The notes below the pieces were generated by a model. That model saw only the letters and a program-made list of their open reading frames with translations, ran no database searches and had not been told where the DNA came from. The translations under genes were made by a program, and so were the position numbers. From Gemmatimonadales bacterium (GTDB taxonomy: Bacteria > Gemmatimonadota > Gemmatimonadetes > Gemmatimonadales > GWC2-71-9), in the NCBI GenBank assembly GCA_035500495.1, contig DATJXC010000008.1, positions 19,150-83,149 on the forward strand: a DNA stretch of 64,000 nt, in the 5' to 3' direction. Below are positions 1-9,205 of the stretch, piece by piece (position 1 is the stretch's first letter; each line of letters begins with the position of its first letter).

Positions 1-705
1 GGGGCAAATCGGGACGCTCCCCAGGTCCTCGGCCGACCCCGTATGCCATTTCGCGGCATAGGTCAGGATCGGCCAACTCCCCTCCGGCATGCCGGTGAAA
101 TCGATCTCGGAAACCGGGAGGACCCGTTGGCCCACAAACCCGACGTTGAACTCCCGTCCGGGCACGTACTGTTGCACGAGGACCTCGTCGAACTGCTCGG
201 TCATCGCGGCCAGCCGGCTCCGCAGGCCCTTGCGGTCCGTGACGACCGAGCCCTTGTCGAGTCCGGCGCTGGCGTCTTCGGCGGCCGGCTTGACGATGGC
301 GGGGAGGGGGAAGTCGTCGGCGACCCGGTTGCCTTGCGCCAGCTGCCAGCGGGGCACCGGCAACCCCGCCTGCATCAGGATCGCGTTGGCGATCGCCTTG
401 CGGCGGCAGGCGGCGAGGGTCCAGGGACCGCAGCCGGTGACGGGGACGCCGGCGAACTCCAGCATCCCGACCACGTGCTCTTCCCAGGCGGAGATCCCGT
501 GGACGCCTTCGCAGAGGTTGAAGGCCAGATCGGCGCGGCGGGTCTCGGCGAACCAGCGCATGTCGTGCCGCACGGGAATCTTCCGGACGACATGACCCAT
601 CGCATCGAAAATGCGGGCGACTTCGTTGACGGCCTTCAGGACCCCGGCGATGTCCTCAGCGGTCCAATCCTCGGCCCCTGGGTCGTAGAGGACGACGACC
701 CTCAA
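1..705 (-). CDS. ATP-grasp enzyme of the D-alanine--D-alanine ligase family (3' end runs off the left edge)
   Basis: Absent from the ORF track because there is no stop in the window. Manual minus-strand translation from TTG 705..703 gives LRVVVLYDPGAEDWTAEDIAGVLKAVNEV...LPAIVKPAAEDASAGLDKGSVV...VQQYVPGREFNVGF... and stays open to position 1. The TTG overlaps the TGA of the upstream paralog (TTGA). Confidence 0.7.
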   Translation of the reverse strand, partial: MRVVVLYDPGAEDWTAEDIAGVLKAVNEVARIFDAMGHVVRKIPVRHDMRWFAETRRADLAFNLCEGVHGISAWEEHVVGMLEFAGVPVTGCGPWTLAACRRKAIANAILMQAGLPVPRWQLAQGNRVADDFPLPAIVKPAAEDASAGLDKGSVVTDRKGLRSRLAAMTEQFDEVLVQQYVPGREFNVGFVGQRVLPVSEIDFTGMPEGSWPILTYAAKWHTGSAEDLGSVPICP

Positions 706-1754
706 GCCGTGGCCTCGGCCACCGCGAACAGATCCACCCCCCGCACGCGCCGCCAGGCGATCTGGACGACCTCCTGGATCAGCTCGTCGTAGGTGTATCC
801 GGCGGCCCGCGCCGCCTTGGGGAAGCAGGAGTTCATCCGCGGGTCCGGGATGATCCCGGGCAAGGGGTTCAGCTCCACGATGTTCGGGACCCCGGCCTCG
901 TCCAAGCGCACGTCGACCCGGCACCAGTCCCGGCATCCCAGGGCGTGGTAGGCGTCGAGGGCGACCCGTTCCACGTCACGGTACATCCCTTCAGGGACGC
1001 GCGCGGGGCACTCAAAGATGTCGAGCTGGTGCTCGGCGGTGTCCCAGATCCACTTGGCCTCGAAGCCGTACACCGGGGTGGCACCGGGCGGCAGGGTGGA
1101 GAAATCGAATCCCACGATGGGGAGGCAGCGGGCGTCGGATCCGTTTCCGAGAATGGCCACCGTGAACTCGGGCCCCGGGAGATAGCTCTCGACCAGGACC
1201 GGCTGCTTATAGGTGGAAAGCAGGAACTGCACGCGCTCCCGGAGCTGCGCGCGGGAATTACATAAGTTATTGGCGAATATGCCTTTACCTGATCCCTCGG
1301 CCACCGGTTTTACGAACAACGGGTAGCGCAGGCGCACCCGCGCCAGATCTCCCGGCTCGCTCACCAGCGCGAATCGCGCGGTGGGGACACCCCGGAATGC
1401 GAGGATCTCTTTGGCGCGCGATTTGTCGAGCGTGAGCGACAGGGTGAGCGGGTCGCTCGCCGTGTAGGGGACGTTCAGGTATTCGCAGATCGCCGGGACG
1501 TGCGCTTCGCGGTTCGTGCCGTACAGTCCCTCGGCCATGTTGAAGACGAGATCGGGACGCGTGCGGGCGAGCTTCTGGGGAAACGTGGCGTCAGCCTGGA
1601 GACGGACGACGCTGCCGAAGATGCCGAGTGCCTGCTCCACCGCGTCGATGGTGGACGGGTCGTCCCACTCGGCGTAGACGTCGGTGATACTGGCGGGATC
1701 GTCCGGAGTGGCGTCGGCTTCGGGCTTCTGATTGTAAGCGAGACCGATACGCAT
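702..1754 (-). CDS. ATP-grasp enzyme of the D-alanine--D-alanine ligase family
   Basis: 350-aa ORF with Ddl-like/ATP-grasp layout (LFVKPVAEGSGKGI, ESYLPGPEFTVAI, VELNPLPG). An AGGAGG lies 14 nt upstream of the ATG. Confidence 0.8.
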   Translation of the reverse strand: MRIGLAYNQKPEADATPDDPASITDVYAEWDDPSTIDAVEQALGIFGSVVRLQADATFPQKLARTRPDLVFNMAEGLYGTNREAHVPAICEYLNVPYTASDPLTLSLTLDKSRAKEILAFRGVPTARFALVSEPGDLARVRLRYPLFVKPVAEGSGKGIFANNLCNSRAQLRERVQFLLSTYKQPVLVESYLPGPEFTVAILGNGSDARCLPIVGFDFSTLPPGATPVYGFEAKWIWDTAEHQLDIFECPARVPEGMYRDVERVALDAYHALGCRDWCRVDVRLDEAGVPNIVELNPLPGIIPDPRMNSCFPKAARAAGYTYDELIQEVVQIAWRRVRGVDLFAVAEATA

Positions 1755-1776
1755 GTGGTCTCGGGTGACCTCCTAC

Positions 1777-1803
1777 AAAAAAAGGCCGTGCGGTGCACGG
1801 TCC
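1777..1803 (-). terminator. Rho-independent terminator-like hairpin plus T7 tract (minus strand)
   Basis: The minus strand reads GGACCGTGC-ACC-GCACGGCC followed by TTTTTTT (plus-strand A-run at 1777-1783). It lies downstream of thyX and upstream of the ATP-grasp gene. Confidence 0.55.
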
Positions 1804-1832
1804 GAGCGAAATGACTGCCGCGATGCTGGACT

Positions 1833-1861
1833 ACAATATGAAATACTGGAACGATACGCAA
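1833..1861 (-). promoter_or_regulatory. Candidate sigma70-type promoter (TTGCGT-N17-TATTGT) on the minus strand
   Basis: An AT-rich island in GC-rich DNA. The -35 is the rc of 1856-1861 and the -10 is the rc of 1833-1838, with a 17-nt spacer. Confidence 0.25.
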
Positions 1862-1886
1862 TAGGGTGCGGCGATTTTTTTTCGAG

Positions 1887-2639
1887 TCAGACTTTGTGGT
1901 AGGTGACACGCGCGGACTCGCTCTTGTCGTCCGCGACGTAGATCTCGAAGTCGGAGAAGAGCGCGGGTGCCTCGCGTTGCAGTACGCGGAGACAGGCGAT
2001 CGCCATGCGACGGATTTCCTGCTCGGCGCCCTCGCCACAACGCAGCTCGAGCATGGTGCGCCACGCACGCGCGTTCGCCGAGACGACGATCTTCGTCTCC
2101 GTGGCGTTTGGAAGCACGCTGCGGGCCGCCTCCCGCGCCATCTTGCGGCGATGGATCTTGTCCTCCACCCAGGCGTGCTTCTTCATCAGAGCTTCGACCG
2201 CCTGCACGTACGCCGACTGCGCGGTCTCCATCTGCCGGGCCCATTCTGCCTCGAGCGCCGCGTCTCCCAGGATCGCCGGCGGCACCACGAAGGCCGCGTG
2301 CGATTCGTCGACGTAGCGCTGCGACAGCTGGGAGTAGCCGAAGCCCGCGCGATGGCGCACCAGCTCGTGGGAGCAGGAGCGCGAGACGCCCTCGATGAGC
2401 AACACGTAGACCGCGTGCTCGATCACCGAGCCGTGCCCCTGCTTCTTTATGTTCTCGAGGTATTCCGCGGTGGAGCGTTGCGCCGGATTGTGCTGGCTCA
2501 TGTAGCAGATGCGGCCCGCGAATTCGGCCAGCCGCTCCCCGTCGGTGGAGTCGCCCTTCCACTGTACCGCCAGATGGGCGGGTTCCACGAATTGCGGGCG
2601 GGCGACGAGGGTGACGCGTGGGGCGCGGAAGATTTCCAT
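1887..2639 (-). CDS. thyX: FAD-dependent thymidylate synthase ThyX
   Basis: 250-aa ORF carrying the ThyX signature RHRAGFGYSQLSQRY (RHR...S.RY). Confidence 0.93.
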   Translation of the reverse strand: MEIFRAPRVTLVARPQFVEPAHLAVQWKGDSTDGERLAEFAGRICYMSQHNPAQRSTAEYLENIKKQGHGSVIEHAVYVLLIEGVSRSCSHELVRHRAGFGYSQLSQRYVDESHAAFVVPPAILGDAALEAEWARQMETAQSAYVQAVEALMKKHAWVEDKIHRRKMAREAARSVLPNATETKIVVSANARAWRTMLELRCGEGAEQEIRRMAIACLRVLQREAPALFSDFEIYVADDKSESARVTYHKV

Positions 2640-2672
2640 GCAGGTGCCAGGGGTCAGGGGTCAGAGGTCAGA
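2638..2672. repeat. Single-arm tandem heptamer array (GGTCAGR x4, plus one degenerate unit)
   Basis: Plus strand reads atgcagg tgccagg ggtcagg ggtcaga ggtcaga. The array spans the stop codon of the FAD oxidase gene (2661-2663), the 21-nt intergenic gap and the thyX start codon. Confidence 0.7.
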
Positions 2673-4250
2673 CGATCGGGCCAGGTCGAGCTTCGGCACG
2701 GCCCAGCCGCCGGATCGCTCGATCTCCCGCAGACGGCGGGCGATGTCATCGGGTATCGGCGCCGCCTCGGGTCCCACCTTTAGGTCCCCGAGCGGCGCCC
2801 AGTCGGCCGGGGGGAGTATAACACCGGGATTCAGGATGGTCAGCGGATCGTACGCGTGTTTCACCCTCGCGAACAGTTCCATCACGCGAGGACCGAAGAA
2901 CCGCTCGAGCACCCCCGCGCGCAACCGGCCATCGCCGTGCTCCCCGCTCGGCGTCCCCCCCAGCCGTTGCAGCAACGCAACGCCATCCTCGTAGAGCCCG
3001 GCCACGTCGTCCCGCCAGCCGGCGCGAGTGACGTCCGCCAACGCGTTGACGTGCACGTGACCATCGCCCGCATGACCGAACAGGGCCACCGGAAGATGGC
3101 GGGCCGCGGCGGCGGTACGTAACCCCGCGATGTAATCGGAAAGCCGGTCGATCGGGACACACCCGTCCTCGATGACCTGGAGCGACCGCCTCGTCTCCGG
3201 AAGTCGGGCCAGGCTCGAGCTGGCTCGACGCCGCACCGCCCAGAGCTCGTCCAGGCCGTGCCGGTCCACGGCGCTGCGCACCTCGAGCACCCCACGCTGC
3301 TGCTGAACCCCCCGTGCCGCGTCCCCCACGACGGCGTGCGCGGCCGACGCCAGCTCTCGCTCGAATTCGACCAACAGCAGGCAGGCCGTCCCGGGGGGTA
3401 CCGCATCGGCGTCCATGAAGCCGAGCAAGGTCCCGTCCAACAGCTCCACCGCCGAGGGGTTGAGCGACAACAGGAAGGGAACGAGGTCCTTAAGCACGGC
3501 CAGGTCGGCGCAGGCAATCGCCAATCCCGCGGCGTCGGGGGGGATCGGCTCGAGCCGCCACTCCACCTGCGTTACGACGGCGAGGGTGCCTTCGGACCCG
3601 ACCAGAAGGTCGATTTCGTCGCCCGACGCGGCGTAGGCGTCGAGCGCGTAGCCGCTTGAGTTCTTCCGGGTTCTGGGAAAGCGGTCGGCCACGAGCCGCC
3701 GCTCATCCGGGCTCAGCACGAACCGCTCTCCGCTTCTCTCTCCCCGCCGCGTCCAACGAATCGCCCCATCGGCACCCACCACCTCCAGCGCCTGGACCCA
3801 TGGTCGCACGCTGCCGTAACGGACCGTCCGCGGGCCGGAGGCGTTGGCCGCCACCATCCCGCCGCAGGTGGCGAACGCGCCCGAGGAGGGATCGGGGGGA
3901 AGCCGCAAGCCGTAGGGCCGCGCGGCGTCGGCGAGCTGCTGCCAGGTGATCGAGGCGCCAGTACGAGCCTGGCGGCGATGCGGGTCTATTTCGAGATCGC
4001 GGAACCCCTGGCTGAGATCGAGGATGACACCTCGACCCACGTTGCCTCCCGGCATCCCGGAGCCCGCGCCCCGAGGGACGAGCGGCGTGCGCTGCTGGGC
4101 GGCCCACCTGATAACGTCGGCGACTTCCTGGGAGGATGCAGGGATGGCGACCGCTTCGGGAACCATCCGATAGATGCCGGCCCCCTCGGCATAGGCGGCG
4201 CGGACGCGTGGGTCAGTTTCGAAGCGAACCTTGGGGATGGGGCGGGTCAC
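2661..4250 (-). CDS. FAD-linked oxidase (GlcD / D-lactate dehydrogenase family)
   Basis: FAD_binding_4-like N-terminus (AVAIPASSQEVADVIRWAAQQRTPLVPRGAGSGMPGG) and an FAD-oxidase C-terminal domain. The Arg/Gly-rich first 59 aa of track ORF 2661..4427 look spurious. In-frame GTG 4250..4248 overlaps the upstream gene's TGA (GTGA). Confidence 0.85.
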   Translation of the reverse strand: MTRPIPKVRFETDPRVRAAYAEGAGIYRMVPEAVAIPASSQEVADVIRWAAQQRTPLVPRGAGSGMPGGNVGRGVILDLSQGFRDLEIDPHRRQARTGASITWQQLADAARPYGLRLPPDPSSGAFATCGGMVAANASGPRTVRYGSVRPWVQALEVVGADGAIRWTRRGERSGERFVLSPDERRLVADRFPRTRKNSSGYALDAYAASGDEIDLLVGSEGTLAVVTQVEWRLEPIPPDAAGLAIACADLAVLKDLVPFLLSLNPSAVELLDGTLLGFMDADAVPPGTACLLLVEFERELASAAHAVVGDAARGVQQQRGVLEVRSAVDRHGLDELWAVRRRASSSLARLPETRRSLQVIEDGCVPIDRLSDYIAGLRTAAAARHLPVALFGHAGDGHVHVNALADVTRAGWRDDVAGLYEDGVALLQRLGGTPSGEHGDGRLRAGVLERFFGPRVMELFARVKHAYDPLTILNPGVILPPADWAPLGDLKVGPEAAPIPDDIARRLREIERSGGWAVPKLDLARSSDL

Positions 4251-4783
4251 GTACCGAGCTTCTTCTGCATGGCCTCCAGCAAACGGTGAGCCAGCTCGTA
4301 CCCCGCCGACGCCTCCGGCACGATCACTTCGAGATCCCGCTCCATCCGGGAAGGGTCGAGGATGGGGCGATACACCGCCTCTACGGTCAGCTGGCTCTTC
4401 CCGGGCGTGTACGGGTCCACCCAACAACGGATCTTGATCGTGGCGAGGAGATCACCTGGGTCGCTCGTCCCTGTGACGCTTTGCCGGGTGGAGGTATTGA
4501 ACCAGGCGGTTTCGACGTAGCCGTCCTGCGGACTGGTCCATTCCACCCGGAGCCCCTCGCCGTTGAGCCAGGCGTCAAGCTCCGGCACCACCTGATCCGT
4601 CGGCGCATTCACGATGGACGTGAGCGCCTGGGGATACGGGAGGAACGCGGGACGGGTGGAGGCGGGGTTGCAGGCGAGGAGAGCCAAAACCAGAGTGCGA
4701 AGTGCGAAGTGCGAAATGCGAAGTGTCCGCTTGGGGCACGAGCCCAATGAGTCACTTCGCACTTCGCACTTCGCATTTCGCAC
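4247..4783 (-). CDS. Putative lipoprotein (function unknown); the true start is probably internal, for example TTG 4747
   Basis: Lipobox LVLALLAC followed by a 140-aa mature region. The listed GTG start (4783) lies inside a heptamer hairpin, and no usable start codon exists downstream of the hairpin. The signal-peptide n-region (RISHFALRT) is encoded by the second hairpin arm. Confidence 0.6.
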   Translation of the reverse strand: MRNAKCEVRSDSLGSCPKRTLRISHFALRTLVLALLACNPASTRPAFLPYPQALTSIVNAPTDQVVPELDAWLNGEGLRVEWTSPQDGYVETAWFNTSTRQSVTGTSDPGDLLATIKIRCWVDPYTPGKSQLTVEAVYRPILDPSRMERDLEVIVPEASAGYELAHRLLEAMQKKLGT

Positions 4784-4784
4784 T
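4694..4784. repeat. Inverted tandem-heptamer hairpin element: (AGTGCGA)4 + 27-nt spacer + (TCGCACT)4
   Basis: Left arm 4694-4725 is agtgcga agtgcga agtgcga aatgcga agtg. Right arm 4753-4784 is cact tcgcact tcgcact tcgcatt tcgcact. 30 of 32 positions are complementary. The element begins 1 nt after the stop of gene 4786..5337. Confidence 0.9.
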
Positions 4785-4785
4785 G

Positions 4786-5337
4786 TCAGTGCTCCGCGTG
4801 TGCCGAATCCGTCCCGGCATCATGATCGTGGTCGTGATCTTCTTCTCCGGGGCCGTGGTGGTGCCCCGCCTCCCGGTTCTTGATCTCCGATTCCATCGTC
4901 GCCTTGGGGATCCCGGCGGCGTGCTCGAAGACGAGCTGCCCGCCGAGCATGCCGGTGCGCACCAGAATGGCGAGCCCAAAGAGGGTAATTCCCCGGATCA
5001 GCCAGGACTCGGCGCGCCCTTCGTTGAAGCGCCGCCAGAGTTTCCAAACGAGCACCACAGTGAAGATGCTCATGGTGACGATGGCCCAGGTCTCGTGGCT
5101 CTCCATCAGCTCGTGGATCGCCTCACCGTGCTCGATGATATCTGAAGCCCGCTCACCGGCCAGGACCGCGATCCAGCCGCCGATCACCCCCAGCCACAGG
5201 GTCCAGATGCTCGCCCACTTCAGGGACTCGCGTTTCCAGATCAGGGCCCCCAGGTCGAACAGCACGGTGGCGACGAGCAGGGCGGCGGGGAAGTCGTTGA
5301 CCGCGGCATGAAACCGGGGCCAGTCGTAGCCGAACAT
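4786..5337 (-). CDS. DUF2231-like integral membrane protein with a His/Asp-rich C-terminal tail
   Basis: 183-aa ORF with four hydrophobic segments and the tail HHHGPGEEDHDHDHDAGTDSAHAEH. Confidence 0.7.
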   Translation of the reverse strand: MFGYDWPRFHAAVNDFPAALLVATVLFDLGALIWKRESLKWASIWTLWLGVIGGWIAVLAGERASDIIEHGEAIHELMESHETWAIVTMSIFTVVLVWKLWRRFNEGRAESWLIRGITLFGLAILVRTGMLGGQLVFEHAAGIPKATMESEIKNREAGHHHGPGEEDHDHDHDAGTDSAHAEH

Positions 5338-5361
5338 CGCAGATTCCGTCCGAGGTGAGGG

Positions 5362-6249
5362 TTAGAGGCCGAGGCTCGAGACCACCGGTGGATTCGCGGC
5401 GTAGTCGTAAAAGCCCTTACCGCTCTTCTTCCCGTGCATTCCCGCGAGCACCATCCGTTTGAGCAACGGGGGAGCCGCGTATTTCTGCTCTTTGTACTCT
5501 GCGAACATGATTTCGGCGATCCTGTAGGTCGTGTCCAGCCCGACGAAGTCGAGCAGCGTCAGGGGGCCCATCGGGTAGCCGCACCCGAGCTGCATGGCCT
5601 TGTCGATGTCGGTCACACTCCCCACGCCGTGCTCCAACGCCCGGATGGCGTCGAGCAGGTAGGGGACTAGGAGCAGGTTGACGATGAACCCGGAGTTGTC
5701 CTTCGCGGCCACGGGCTCCTTCTTGAGCGACTTGGCGAAGGCGAAGGCGCGCGCGAACGTCTCCTCCGATGTCGTGACGGTGCGGACGACCTCGACCAGG
5801 GGCATCAGCGGGACCGGGTTGAAGAAGTGCAGGCCCACGAACCGGTCGGGGCGCTTGGTGGCCGCCGCCATCGCGGCGATCGTCAGGGACGACGTGTTGG
5901 AGGCGAAGATCGTCTGCGGGCCGCAACGGCCGTCCAACTCCTTCCACAGGCCGTTCTTCAGGTCGAGGTCTTCGGGGACCGCCTCGATGACGATGTCGCA
6001 CGCCTGGAGATCGGCGGCGGCCGTCGTGAACGAGAGCCGTCCCAGAATGGCGTCGCGGTCAGTGGGCGGGAGCTTGCCCTTCTCCACGAACTTGGCGAGT
6101 GATTTCTCGATCACGGACTTGGCCTTGTCGAGAATCGGCTGCGTCACGTCGCGGACCTTCGTCTCGTAGCCGGCGGTCGCGGCGACCTGGGCGATCCCGT
6201 TCCCCATCAGGCCGCAGCCCAGCACTCCCACTTTCTTGATGTCGCTCAT
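5362..6249 (-). CDS. 3-hydroxybutyryl-CoA / 3-hydroxyacyl-CoA dehydrogenase
   Basis: Rossmann motif VGVLGCGLMGNGIA and a 3HCDH C-terminal domain. The start is moved to ATG 6249 (MSDIKKVGVLG), which has a GGGAGA RBS upstream. Confidence 0.9.
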   Translation of the reverse strand: MSDIKKVGVLGCGLMGNGIAQVAATAGYETKVRDVTQPILDKAKSVIEKSLAKFVEKGKLPPTDRDAILGRLSFTTAAADLQACDIVIEAVPEDLDLKNGLWKELDGRCGPQTIFASNTSSLTIAAMAAATKRPDRFVGLHFFNPVPLMPLVEVVRTVTTSEETFARAFAFAKSLKKEPVAAKDNSGFIVNLLLVPYLLDAIRALEHGVGSVTDIDKAMQLGCGYPMGPLTLLDFVGLDTTYRIAEIMFAEYKEQKYAAPPLLKRMVLAGMHGKKSGKGFYDYAANPPVVSSLGL

Positions 6250-6278
6250 GGTTCTCCCGATGGTCACCCTTGGCAGGG

Positions 6279-7088
6279 TCACAGAAAGTTCTTGCGAAGC
6301 TCATCCGCGATGCGCACGAAGGCACTGGCGCGAGGACCCGGAAGGGCATGCTCCGGCCGGATCTCACCCCGCTCCAGACGGTCGAGCACCTGCTCGAGCC
6401 CTACCTGCACCCGCTCGTCGGCGGAGGCGTGGGTGCGGGCCACCGCCCAGCCGCCCATCCCGAACGCCACGAGCGGAACGGCGGCGAACAGGCCGAAGAC
6501 GCCCATCAACGCCATGGCCGCCGTACCGGCCAGGCCGAGGCCGGCGAGAACGCCTGCGCCGCCGAGCCGCCGGGCCCGGACATTGCGGACATCCGCCGCG
6601 AGACTGACGTGACAGAACCCGCTCTCCAGCGGCAGGACCCGGCCGGAAACCTCGGCGGCCTGGCTCAACGCGTAGGTCTTCCCGCCCGCCCGGAGTCCCC
6701 GCTGCATCGAGGCCAGAAACCCGACCTGTGGCTCCCAGCTCACCCGGTCCGCGAACCGCCGCTTCACCCGCAGCAGTTCCTCTTCTTCCATCCAGAGACC
6801 AATCGCTCGCTCCACGGCGGCGCGCTCGCCCGGGACGACCCGTTCGGCCACGAGCCGTGGAGGTCCGGCGAGCCACTCCCACTGATCGGGAACCAAAGCG
6901 GGCCCGCGCGTCTGCTCTTCCAGCAGGGCCTGCCTCAGATATCGTGTCGGGATCCCGACGTCCTTCCCGAGGGCGATCAACTCCTCCTCGGTCAGCCCCT
7001 CGCCGATGTCCCGCTCACCCGCCTGGAGCTCAGCCGCCCGCTGGATGATGCGCTCCAGCTGGTCGCGCCGGATCAGCTCTCCCGCCAT
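6279..7088 (-). CDS. Hypothetical membrane-associated protein (helical N-terminal domain, Gly/Ala-rich TM segments)
   Basis: 269-aa ORF with good GC3 bias, starting 1 nt after the stop of the SPFH gene. I recognise no family. Confidence 0.55.
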   Translation of the reverse strand: MAGELIRRDQLERIIQRAAELQAGERDIGEGLTEEELIALGKDVGIPTRYLRQALLEEQTRGPALVPDQWEWLAGPPRLVAERVVPGERAAVERAIGLWMEEEELLRVKRRFADRVSWEPQVGFLASMQRGLRAGGKTYALSQAAEVSGRVLPLESGFCHVSLAADVRNVRARRLGGAGVLAGLGLAGTAAMALMGVFGLFAAVPLVAFGMGGWAVARTHASADERVQVGLEQVLDRLERGEIRPEHALPGPRASAFVRIADELRKNFL

Positions 7089-7089
7089 C

Positions 7090-7938
7090 TCAGGCCTTCG
7101 TGGTGTCCCGGGGCGCGGATGGGGCCGGCAGGCGTTCGCCCCCCGTGGAGGCCGGCAGGGCCGGTGTGGCGGGGGCCGCGCCTTCGCTGCGACGACCCAC
7201 GGCGTCGATGATGCCCCGGAACAGGTCGATGGGAATGGGGAAGATCGTGGTGGAGTTCTTTTCCGACGCGATTTCCGTCACGGTCTGGAGGTAGCGCAGC
7301 TGGATCGCCGCAGGCTCGCGGCCGATGACCGCCGCCGCTTGTGCCAGCTTCTCCGACGCCTGCAGCTCCCCCTCGGCGTTGATCACTTTGGCCCGCCGCT
7401 CGCGCTCGGCCTCCGCCTGGCGCGCGATCGCGCGCTTCATCTCCGGGGGCAGGTCCACGTCTTTCACTTCGACCGCGCTGACCTCGACTCCCCATTCCTC
7501 GGCGCGGGAATCGATGATCTTCTTCAGGATGGCGTTGATCTTCTCCCGGTTGGCGAGCAGCTCATCGAGCTCCGTTTCCCCCAGCACCGAGCGCAGCGTG
7601 GTCTGAGCCAGCTGGCTCGTGGCGTAGAGATAGTTCTCGACTCCGATCACCGCTTTGACTGCGTCCTTCACCCGCATGTACAGGACGGCGTTCACCTTGA
7701 TGGAGATGTTGTCCCGGGTGATCACGTCCTGCGGCGGGATGTCGAGCGCCATGACCCGCAGGCTCACCTTCTGCATCCGCGCGAACAGCGGTGGGAGAAA
7801 GATCAACCCCGGTCCCTTGGCGCCCCAGGAGCGGCCGAGAAAGAAGTACACGGCGCGCTCGTACTCCCGCAGCACCCGCAAACCACCGAACAGGTAGATC
7901 CCCACTCCCAGCAGAATCGTCAGCACGGCGTCGGTCAT
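7090..7938 (-). CDS. SPFH/Band-7 (stomatin-like) protein
   Basis: An N-terminal TM segment, then [13 protein letters not shown]...[22 protein letters not shown], which is typical of the stomatin/prohibitin family. Confidence 0.88.
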   Translation of the reverse strand: MTDAVLTILLGVGIYLFGGLRVLREYERAVYFFLGRSWGAKGPGLIFLPPLFARMQKVSLRVMALDIPPQDVITRDNISIKVNAVLYMRVKDAVKAVIGVENYLYATSQLAQTTLRSVLGETELDELLANREKINAILKKIIDSRAEEWGVEVSAVEVKDVDLPPEMKRAIARQAEAERERRAKVINAEGELQASEKLAQAAAVIGREPAAIQLRYLQTVTEIASEKNSTTIFPIPIDLFRGIIDAVGRRSEGAAPATPALPASTGGERLPAPSAPRDTTKA

Positions 7939-9137
7939 GAGTATGCCTCCACGATCACAGCCAAACCCTGACCGCCGCCGATGCAGGCGGACCCCAGGCC
8001 GAATCGTTTGCCCTGCTTCCGCAAGGCGTGCAGCAGGTGGATGGTGATGCGGGTCCCGCTTGCGGCCAGAGGGTGACCGATCGCGATGGCGCCGCCGTGG
8101 ACGTTGGTCTTGGCGCGGTCGAGTCCCAGCTCCCGCTCCACGGCGAGGTACTGCGGCGCGAAGGCCTCATTCACCTCGACCAGGTCCATCTGCTCCAACT
8201 TCATGCCTGCCTTGGCCAGCGCCTTCCGGGCGGCTGGAGCGGGGCCGATCCCCATGTACTTGGGCTCGACGCCGACCACGGCCCAGGCGACCAGCCGGCC
8301 GAGCGGCTTCAGGCCGTGCGCTTTGGCGTACGCCTCGCTCGCGATCACGGTGGCCGCGGCGCCGTCACAGATTCCCGACGCGTTTCCCGCCGTGACCACG
8401 CCGTCCTTTTTGAAGTACGGCTTCAGGCCGGCCAGGCCGTCGAGGGTCGTGTCGGGCCGCATGTGCTCGTCGGCCGCGTAATCCACCGTCTGACCCTTCC
8501 TCTTTACCGGGACGGGAACCACCTCGTCCTTGAAGACGCAGGCGTCCCAGGCCTGCTTGGCCCGTTGCTGCGAGGCCAGCGCGATCTCGTCGACGTCCCG
8601 CCGGGCGAGCTTGTACTTGTCGGCCAGGTTCTCGGCGGTCTCCGCCATCGAGAAGCCGCATTGCGGATCCTTGAGGGACTCCCACAGCAGGTCCTCCAGT
8701 GGGGCGGCCGGACCCAAGCGCAGCCCCCAGCGGGCTCCCCGCACCACATGAGGGGCCTGGCTCATCGATTCGGCTCCACCGGCGAGGACCGTATCCGCCT
8801 CCCCGAGGAGGATCAGCTGGGCACCCTGCGTGATGCTTTCGAACCCGGAGCCGCAGAGCCGGTTGACGGTGACCGCCGGCACTTCGATCGGGAGCCCGGC
8901 CTGGAGGGACACGTGACGGGCCATGTAGATGGCGTCGGGGCTCGTCTGGAGGGCGTTGCCGAACACCGTATGACCGATTTCGCCGGCGGGAACGCCCGCC
9001 CGCTCGACGGCGTGCCGAGCCGCGACCGCGCCGAGCGCGATGGCCGTGTGATCCTTGAGGGACCCCCCGAACGTCCCGAATCCCGTGCGGACTCCGGAGA
9101 GGAAGACGACATCCAAATTCTGGCCTTGAGTCTTCAT
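7935..9137 (-). CDS. Acetyl-CoA C-acetyltransferase (thiolase II)
   Basis: 400-aa ORF with thiolase signatures: [10 protein letters not shown] (active-site Cys), [24 protein letters not shown]. Confidence 0.93.
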   Translation of the reverse strand: MKTQGQNLDVVFLSGVRTGFGTFGGSLKDHTAIALGAVAARHAVERAGVPAGEIGHTVFGNALQTSPDAIYMARHVSLQAGLPIEVPAVTVNRLCGSGFESITQGAQLILLGEADTVLAGGAESMSQAPHVVRGARWGLRLGPAAPLEDLLWESLKDPQCGFSMAETAENLADKYKLARRDVDEIALASQQRAKQAWDACVFKDEVVPVPVKRKGQTVDYAADEHMRPDTTLDGLAGLKPYFKKDGVVTAGNASGICDGAAATVIASEAYAKAHGLKPLGRLVAWAVVGVEPKYMGIGPAPAARKALAKAGMKLEQMDLVEVNEAFAPQYLAVERELGLDRAKTNVHGGAIAIGHPLAASGTRITIHLLHALRKQGKRFGLGSACIGGGQGLAVIVEAYS

Positions 9138-9205
9138 GGCAGGAAATCCTTAGGAGGCGCGACTTGTGTGCGGCGGAATATAGCAGGGGCGGGGGGGAGG
9201 AGCCG

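Noticed and set aside
43-792. 249-aa plus-strand ORF, plus nested ORFs 89..595 and 375..605
   Set aside because: It is antisense to a clearly recognisable ATP-grasp gene that runs off the left edge, and the translation has no motifs.
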